Position numbers and translations under genes: made by a program
Shown here: positions 58,211-64,000 of the stretch, piece by piece
Numbering within the stretch: the first letter of the stretch is position 1
How the letters are laid out: every line of letters starts with the position of its first letter
The notes under the pieces: model-generated
What the model was told of the DNA's origin: nothing
Databases searched by the model: none
What the model saw: the letters and a program-made list of their open reading frames with translations, nothing else
IMG/VR virus record: IMGVR_UViG_3300027573_000025
DNA from: an uncultured virus (IMG/VR IMGVR_UViG_3300027573_000025)
Taxonomy: Duplodnaviria; Heunggongvirae; Uroviricota; Caudoviricetes
DNA length: 64,000 bases
Strand: one strand, 5' to 3'

Positions 58211-58373
58211 AACCAAGAAACGCAAACGCAAATACTGGTATGAAATTACCACAACCGAATGCGTATTGTGCGGTAGGGGTAAGGAATACAGAGAGCGCAA
58301 GTATGGACGCAAGCCAGCCGCCGCCAAACGCTACCGCTACGAGCAATTTGCCTGCGATGGACACTTTTTATGA
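58194..58373 (+). CDS. Basic CxxC protein, copy-B insertion
   Basis: ECVLCG; coupled on both sides. Confidence 0.6.
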   Translation: MTSPGKTKKRKRKYWYEITTTECVLCGRGKEYRERKYGRKPAAAKRYRYEQFACDGHFL

Positions 58374-58648
58374 TATCCCCTGGTAAAGACGTTATCAGTG
58401 TCGGCGGCTGGATACTCCAAGCCGCCCTATGTCCCCGTGGCTGCCGTATCTATCCGGTATCGAGCCTGGCCCTGCACATGCTTATCCATGACAGGATAGA
58501 TGCCGGGATAACCGACACACACCATTGGGCCGAGCACCGGCCCGCCAAGCGCCATGTCAGTAACAGGCATGGACGCCCGCGTAAGCGGCAAAGCGAGAAA
58601 GCCAAGGGTGTGAGCATCAGGCGACGGGGGAGGGGGGCTTACGAATGA
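58370..58648 (+). CDS. Basic hypothetical protein (copy B)
   Basis: Homolog of 12551-12823. Confidence 0.6.
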   Translation: MISPGKDVISVGGWILQAALCPRGCRIYPVSSLALHMLIHDRIDAGITDTHHWAEHRPAKRHVSNRHGRPRKRQSEKAKGVSIRRRGRGAYE

Positions 58649-58709
58649 GCGTGGTAATCTGGCTGATGTTTATTATCTACGTTTTCTGGCGAATCATCGA
58701 AAGAAGCAA

Positions 58710-59015
58710 ATGAAACAACGCGCACCAAAGATGACGGAAAAGATGTTTCAAGGCCGAGTCATACAAGCCTTGAAAATAGCCGGGTATGCTCATTATCATA
58801 CTTACAATAGCATCAGGTCGGTAAAAGGCTTCCCGGATTTAATAGCCCTTAACGGGAAAAAGAAGCGGATTATTGCCATCGAGGTTAAGACGGAAACCGG
58901 CAAGGTGACAGCCGACCAGTCCGAATGGTTGACATTATTCAGCATGTGCGGAGTCGAGACTTGGCTATTGCGTCCAGGTCAATTTGACGAGTTTTGGGAG
59001 TCAATACGAAAATGA
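58710..59015 (+). CDS. VRR-NUC nuclease (copy B)
   Basis: GFPDL...IEVK. Confidence 0.85.
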   Translation: MKQRAPKMTEKMFQGRVIQALKIAGYAHYHTYNSIRSVKGFPDLIALNGKKKRIIAIEVKTETGKVTADQSEWLTLFSMCGVETWLLRPGQFDEFWESIRK

Positions 59016-59275
59016 GCGACAAATACGACGAGCAGGCGAAGAAAATATTCTACGATGTCATATTTTCCCAGTGTGACGCTGATCTACCGGATAAAGTTGC
59101 TATCGAAATTATCGCCGCCGCGCTGCGGGAACAGGGACAGTTAATTGAACACTTGACCGAGGCTCTAATAGGGCTTGGGTGTGAGTATAGGGACGGCGTG
59201 TTTATAAATCCACAGAGAGAAATTGCCGACCTCCGCGCCGAGAATGAGCGGCTACAAACCGAGAAGCCGGATTGA
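59012..59275 (+). CDS. Hypothetical protein, copy-B-specific position
   Basis: ATGA coupling. Confidence 0.6.
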   Translation: MSDKYDEQAKKIFYDVIFSQCDADLPDKVAIEIIAAALREQGQLIEHLTEALIGLGCEYRDGVFINPQREIADLRAENERLQTEKPD

Positions 59276-59281
59276 CCGGCG

Positions 59282-59677
59282 CTAGTCGCTGAAGAACGTA
59301 TGCGCCCCGATTTTAACGAGTTTATTTTCTTCCTTAGCCCAAGTTGGTCGGGTCGCCAATACGGATAGGTTGCAATATAACACGGCACCCATAGTCAAAC
59401 CAGTGTCTCTGCTTTGATTCCAAGCGCGTATGCAGTCTTGGACTACAGGGTCCATATCGTTTAACTTCAGCGCCCGTATTAGGTAAGCCCTATCTTCCCA
59501 CCCAGAGAATTGCCAAGGTCTTGCCACGGTGCCGGCTACGGTGCCATCGCTTGAGTAGTTGCGCAGCATACGGTTACGGATTACTTCGCCAACCGCAACC
59601 TTGCCATTGTAAGACTCACCAGATGCCTCTTGCCAGATGGTGATAATTGCCAAGGCATCAGGATTGACAACATTCAT
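59282..59677 (-). CDS. Endolysin, SleB/Hydrolase_2-type cell wall hydrolase
   Basis: TIWQEASGE...KVAVGEVIRNR, QFS, IGAHTFF. Confidence 0.88.
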   Translation of the reverse strand: MNVVNPDALAIITIWQEASGESYNGKVAVGEVIRNRMLRNYSSDGTVAGTVARPWQFSGWEDRAYLIRALKLNDMDPVVQDCIRAWNQSRDTGLTMGAVLYCNLSVLATRPTWAKEENKLVKIGAHTFFSD

Positions 59678-59955
59678 TGGACTAACCGGCAACCATCGGC
59701 AAACTTAGGGTTGAATTGACTCTCCGCCGGCATTATCAGCCAGATCGCCATGCCCGACGGTGGGGGACCTGATACCTGGGTGCAGGAATAAACCTTTTGG
59801 TTTTGCTTGCGGTACTCAGCCACCTGCTCAGGTGTGAGCGATTGCCCTTGCCCGAGCGCGTTGCCTATCAACATCCCGGTGCAGCCGGGGAGAAGCGCCA
59901 CGATGATAAGCAGCGCAGCTAGAAGAAGCAAGTTTTCTAGCCAGGGTTTAGTCAT
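59674..59955 (-). CDS. Lipoprotein (copy B)
   Basis: LPGC lipobox; homolog of 13588-13869. Confidence 0.7.
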   Translation of the reverse strand: MTKPWLENLLLLAALLIIVALLPGCTGMLIGNALGQGQSLTPEQVAEYRKQNQKVYSCTQVSGPPPSGMAIWLIMPAESQFNPKFADGCRLVQ

Positions 59956-60062
59956 GGAAGTGAGACAGGAAAAACTCATTGATGGAGCTTCGTTCCTCGG
60001 GTGTCAGGGGTGTGGCGTCGGGGAGTATTTCTTTCGCCAGCACTATCCATAAAAGCCATGCT

Positions 60063-60218
60063 TCAATCATTGCCTTCTCTCCGTGCCATCCGGAACAGCA
60101 TCACCACAAAGACCACCACCACCAAGACAAACAGTAGCATGATAAGCAGCATGTGACTATCGAAATAAAGCGACCAGTAACCGACGGCTAGATAGTAAAG
60201 CTGGTCGGTGACCGGCAT
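60063..60218 (-). CDS. Small membrane protein (copy B)
   Basis: Hand-translated homolog of 13862-14017. Confidence 0.65.
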   Translation of the reverse strand: MPVTDQLYYLAVGYWSLYFDSHMLLIMLLFVLVVVVFVVMLFRMARREGND

Positions 60219-60403
60219 CACCTAAAGCTAAGGGTCGGCCCGTACCCGCCCAGGATACCGACGATCCACAATACGCAAAGCACCACCACAACGACACGGA
60301 TTATCTTCAGCAGAAAAGGGTCGGTGACAAGCTGCGATGCCACCCACCACAACAGCGCCAAAAGGATGACTGCAATTAACAGGGGAATGATAGGTATGAC
60401 CAT
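60218..60403 (-). CDS. Two-TM holin-like protein (copy B, diverged)
   Basis: GGAGG RBS; two TM helices. Confidence 0.6.
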   Translation of the reverse strand: MVIPIIPLLIAVILLALLWWVASQLVTDPFLLKIIRVVVVVLCVLWIVGILGGYGPTLSFR

Positions 60404-60412
60404 TTAAACCTC

Positions 60413-60718
60413 CTAAGTTTGCGTTGCGTCCTCTATTTTCTGACTTGCACGTCCCGCCACTTCGCCTTCGATAAGCGCCAGTTTGCGGGTCGCGTCCACC
60501 AGCGCCGTGTGCATTCCGTTGGTGTGCTCGCGTATCTGATTGACTGCGGCCATGACAAAACCAATCCCTATCGCGACCATCCCTGCAATAATTATCAAGG
60601 AGACCAGCAGCGAGTTGGTGAGAAACGCCGACTCTTTTGCTTCGAGCGCCGCCAGTACGGCGTTGATGACAGGTTCGGGATTGTTCGCTATTTCAGCGGC
60701 AAATAAGTTAAACATCAT
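60413..60718 (-). CDS. Membrane protein (copy B)
   Basis: Homolog of 14413-14769. Confidence 0.7.
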   Translation of the reverse strand: MMFNLFAAEIANNPEPVINAVLAALEAKESAFLTNSLLVSLIIIAGMVAIGIGFVMAAVNQIREHTNGMHTALVDATRKLALIEGEVAGRASQKIEDATQT

Positions 60719-61023
60719 CCACCTCTCGGCAAAGCTGGCCGGTCGTATAGGAATTTTGGAATACAGGGAAATGTATCTACCGGCATTCTATCCCAGTCAA
60801 TAGGCGACCCCTTCGGTGTGGTGTAAATGTAGATGCCGAGTTTGCTCCCGCAGATAATTTGCCCATGCTCCACGGCGCGCTGTGTGTGCGACCATATCGT
60901 TATTCCGATGTTGAGTAGAATTAGCACCAGCAAAAAGAAGAAAAGCGCATTACCGCCAAACATGCGCAGAGTACCGCCGAATGCCGATACCTCAACGCCA
61001 TCTCTGTGCGTTTCTTCTGCCAT
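60715..61023 (-). CDS. Membrane protein (copy B)
   Basis: Homolog of 14766-15074. Confidence 0.7.
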   Translation of the reverse strand: MAEETHRDGVEVSAFGGTLRMFGGNALFFFLLVLILLNIGITIWSHTQRAVEHGQIICGSKLGIYIYTTPKGSPIDWDRMPVDTFPCIPKFLYDRPALPRGG

Positions 61024-61026
61024 TCT

Positions 61027-61128
61027 TCATGGTCCTATCACCTTGGCGCACACGGGCGTTACCACACCCTCGCAAATCAGCTTGATTGCCTTGTCGAGCC
61101 GCTCATACAGAGCGGGTAAGCAATCTTC
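61027..61128 (-). CDS. In-frame 33-aa extension beyond UGA (copy B)
   Basis: S-UGA-EDCLPALYERLDKAIKLICEGVVTPVCAKVIGP. Confidence 0.65.
   Translation of the reverse strand, partial: EDCLPALYERLDKAIKLICEGVVTPVCAKVIGP
61099..61115 (-). promoter_or_regulatory. SECIS-like hairpin (copy B)
   Basis: CCGCUC-UGUAU-GAGCGG starting 13 nt after the UGA. Confidence 0.5.
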
Positions 61129-63234
61129 TCACGACTCCATCATCGTGTAGCTGCCCACGGTCAACCGTGGCGTGTTGGTGTAGGTGTCGATAGCCGACCC
61201 ACTGCCGTCATATATCCTAAAGTCATAGGTCGTGCCAACCGGCGCCGACGTGCTTATCTTCAGCACATACTCACACTCAGTCTCGGAGTTGTTTAAGGCG
61301 ATGCTTGGGTAGTCGCTTGAGGTGCGTATCACGGCACAGGCGGTATTGCTTGCCTCGTCGCTGGTGAGTATTTCCGTGGTCGCCGTGCCCGCTGCCACAA
61401 TGTCGGTGTCTGCGGTGACGCCATGCCATGAAATAAAGTCGGCGCCCATCGCGTCCGGTGTGAGTGTGTAGGCGCCGGCGTTCTTGGAGTACCGTAGGTT
61501 ATAGACGCTACCAACGGTATCGTCGCTACGAAACTTGACGCGCAGGCGGAATGCCGCGCCTGGCGGCAGGGTGATAGGCACGTTCTCGGCGCAGGTAGCG
61601 CATTGCGTGACGACCGTATTAGCCGCCCCGCGCAGCTTGAAAAACTGATAGCGCGACTGGACGACGACGTGCGCCGGCGCCGCCCCTACGTTGTTTGTGC
61701 CGCTTGCCGCCGCGTGTGTGCGGACATAAGCATTAAAGTGGCTGACGTTCACGGTACCGTTGGGGTCGCCTATTGATACGGAGTCCATGAGCGATGGCGC
61801 TGCGCTGCGCGTCATAGCATCAGTCAGGCTTTGCCCGTTGGTGACGGCTGAAGCTAGGACGACTTCGACGGTTGACTGACCGCTGATGGTCGCGCTTACC
61901 AGCCCGCCGTTACCTAACGTCTTGGACACGCCGGCGACGACTATCGCCCAATTACCCACCGTGGGCGTTTGCAGCGTCACGTTGTTACGCGACGACTGGA
62001 TAGGGCAGTCGTAGGCCGTATGGTAATGCGTCGGCTCGTCATTCTCGACGACGGATTTATTGCGCACGCATGACTCCAAGGCGCCTTGGTCCGGTTGAGT
62101 ACCGACAAAGCGCCCGGTGCTTCCAGACCAAGTTCCTACTGTTGAGATTTGCGTCCCCGCGTCGATACAAGCAGAGCTATCCGATAAGCTGAAATTTCCA
62201 TTGGCGGGGTCAATCATACAACCCGCCGTGGTCCGGTTTGTGGTGATAGTAACATCCGGGTCGGTGCCGCTAATTGCCGTGCCGCCGACTTGGATTATGT
62301 TATTGGCGATGAGACACGCCGAGCCGGTGGCACAACCGCTGATGGTGATGCCGGGGACTGCCGAGGCTTCGTAAATCGTGTTGTGAAGCGCCTCGTTTGC
62401 CGTACCGTGCATTGTAATCCCGGTCGTGGTGTAATCTGCAACGATATTGTTGTGAGCGGTGTTTTTGTTGGATTGACTACCAAAATATATCCCATCCCGG
62501 TGCGTTGCCCCATGAAAATAGCTGTTGCGAATGACATTATTTGTAGGCAAAACGTAAAACTGTATCCCGTGTCCGTCGTAGTCCGTGCACTCAATATGCT
62601 CCATGATTGAGTTGTGCCCTGCCCAATAAAGGCAATGCGCCCCCGGCTGGTGGTCGGCTGTGCTCCAGCGGCTTATCTTCCCCCGGCTGATGCGCCAGCC
62701 ATTCGCCGAGCTGCTTGGGCCGATTGCCGCGCCGGTGTCCACCGCTTGCCCTGCTGGTGGTCCAAGGCATTCAAAATCCTCAATGACTATGTTGGTCGTT
62801 GCCGCGCTTGAAGTGCCATCAAAACAACTCGTGCCGGTGGTGGCGTTGCTCAAATCCCACTTGAGATACTTAAAGGTAACGTTAGACCGCGCCGAGGTGA
62901 AAGCAACTCCCTTGACCGCCGTGCCGGTAGGTTGCAGCACCGGCCAACTTGCCTTGGTTGCCAATTCACCCCTGATCGTGATGCCGCTCGTTGGATTGGT
63001 GATCGTTGCGTTGGTGGTATAGGTGCCCGCCTTGACATAGACCTCGTCGCCGCTTGCCGTAGCGCAGGCAACGGCTCTAGCAAACGATCCGTAATTAGGA
63101 GTCGGGTCTGCGGTGCCGTCAATATCCGTGCAAACAGCGGAGTTACTGCCGCCACTCGACGCCCAATAGCGTGTAGCGTTGGCGTCGGTGGTTATCAGCA
63201 ATGCAAGCAGAGCAAGTAGAAGTCTCATATTCAC
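61129..63234 (-). CDS. Signal-peptide-bearing beta-helix protein (copy B)
   Basis: ANA signal; diverged beta-helix, conserved C-terminal ~300 aa. Confidence 0.8.
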   Translation of the reverse strand: MNMRLLLALLALLITTDANATRYWASSGGSNSAVCTDIDGTADPTPNYGSFARAVACATASGDEVYVKAGTYTTNATITNPTSGITIRGELATKASWPVLQPTGTAVKGVAFTSARSNVTFKYLKWDLSNATTGTSCFDGTSSAATTNIVIEDFECLGPPAGQAVDTGAAIGPSSSANGWRISRGKISRWSTADHQPGAHCLYWAGHNSIMEHIECTDYDGHGIQFYVLPTNNVIRNSYFHGATHRDGIYFGSQSNKNTAHNNIVADYTTTGITMHGTANEALHNTIYEASAVPGITISGCATGSACLIANNIIQVGGTAISGTDPDVTITTNRTTAGCMIDPANGNFSLSDSSACIDAGTQISTVGTWSGSTGRFVGTQPDQGALESCVRNKSVVENDEPTHYHTAYDCPIQSSRNNVTLQTPTVGNWAIVVAGVSKTLGNGGLVSATISGQSTVEVVLASAVTNGQSLTDAMTRSAAPSLMDSVSIGDPNGTVNVSHFNAYVRTHAAASGTNNVGAAPAHVVVQSRYQFFKLRGAANTVVTQCATCAENVPITLPPGAAFRLRVKFRSDDTVGSVYNLRYSKNAGAYTLTPDAMGADFISWHGVTADTDIVAAGTATTEILTSDEASNTACAVIRTSSDYPSIALNNSETECEYVLKISTSAPVGTTYDFRIYDGSGSAIDTYTNTPRLTVGSYTMMES

Positions 63235-63240
63235 CTCACT

Positions 63241-64000
63241 TTATTGAAAGATAATCGGCGCAATGGGCCGAGCCGTTGAGTACACCGGAGTTTTGATTGC
63301 GTACCACCAGTATTTGACGCCTGCGCTTTGCACGTTGGCGTTTAAGCCTATCGTGAAGCCGGTGGCCGTGAAGCTCTGGATAAAGTCCGTGTTGCACGCC
63401 ACGTTTGTCATAGGACACGCGAAATCGCCAGTCATGGCGGAAGTGCGAAAGATGCCGACTCCGGCGTTGGTGTCGCTCTTGACGATGACGAGATCGGGCT
63501 GAAAGCCCACGGTGATTGCCAGCCCATCTGATGGTGAGCCACCAGCGGTGTATGTGCCCGATGTTGCGTAGCCGCCTACATCCTTGATGGCAAGCGGATA
63601 ATAATCCACCGTGCCGCCCGTGCCGTCGTTGACGCGCACTGTGGTTCCAACCTCGAAGCCGTCGGCGTTGAATGCTTGAATATGATTGGTTACAACGCCT
63701 GCCGCTGTAAACAGCAAAGCCGCATCCCCCGCCATCGCACTTAAACGCCAAGCATTAGAGTCGTCGGCTTCACTAGCGATGATAACCGCGCCGGGTAGAA
63801 ACGCCGGGCTTATGACAATATCCCTGTCATCTACGCTATTGCCGACATAGGTTCCCACCGCCAGATCATTATTGGCGTCGGTACCCCAGGCAACATAAAA
63901 GCAGTTGTCGGTGCCGCTGACATTGGTTGTTGAACTCCCTCCGACTTGGAATGTCCCAGTACCAAGTGACTGAATCTTGTTGGTGGTGATGCCGCCGCCA
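63241..64000 (-). CDS. Tail-fibre-like repeat protein (copy B, truncated by the window end)
   Basis: Homolog of 17368-18357. Confidence 0.75.
   Translation of the reverse strand, partial: GGGITTNKIQSLGTGTFQVGGSSTTNVSGTDNCFYVAWGTDANNDLAVGTYVGNSVDDRDIVISPAFLPGAVIIASEADDSNAWRLSAMAGDAALLFTAAGVVTNHIQAFNADGFEVGTTVRVNDGTGGTVDYYPLAIKDVGGYATSGTYTAGGSPSDGLAITVGFQPDLVIVKSDTNAGVGIFRTSAMTGDFACPMTNVACNTDFIQSFTATGFTIGLNANVQSAGVKYWWYAIKTPVYSTARPIAPIIFQ

Larger units (their letters stand above)
44623..64000. mobile_element. Related phage genome, copy B (partial, runs off the window end)
   Basis: Same gene order as 1-18130, with many synonymous substitutions and swapped modules. Confidence 0.9.

Noticed and set aside
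1..64000. Genome-wide UGA reassignment (code 4 or 25)
   Set aside because: Many genes end in UGA with ATGA coupling (portal, VRR-NUC copy B, ejection protein) and long ORFs are intact in code 11, so readthrough can only be site-specific.

Overview
The whole window is phage DNA, with no host genes, integrase, tRNA, rRNA or CRISPR array. It holds two related but clearly diverged podovirus-type genomes head to tail. Copy A (1-44622) is one complete circularly permuted unit. Copy B (44623-64000) is partial and begins at the same 127-bp element. The minus strand carries the late genes: TerS, TerL, portal, scaffold, major capsid protein, a block of accessory/decoration genes, tail tube A/B, ejection proteins, signal-peptide beta-helix proteins and lysis genes. 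A short plus-strand early operon runs the other way. Comparing the two copies gives the main signals. (1) The largest secreted beta-helix gene has a conserved in-frame UGA followed by x-x-Cys and a bacterial-SECIS-like hairpin in both copies, so it is a candidate phage selenoprotein or programmed readthrough. (2) A ~380-nt highly structured, apparently non-coding element in copy A sits exactly where copy B has a Rep gene with iterons, so it is a candidate protein-free, RNA-based replication module. (3) A conserved sigma-54-type promoter with upstream palindromes precedes the early operon. (4) There is a structured capsid leader RNA and an early-gene spacer RNA with covarying stems. (5) Several inserted genes duplicate the 5' end of the resident gene. 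All product calls come from motif and synteny recognition by eye; no database search was run.
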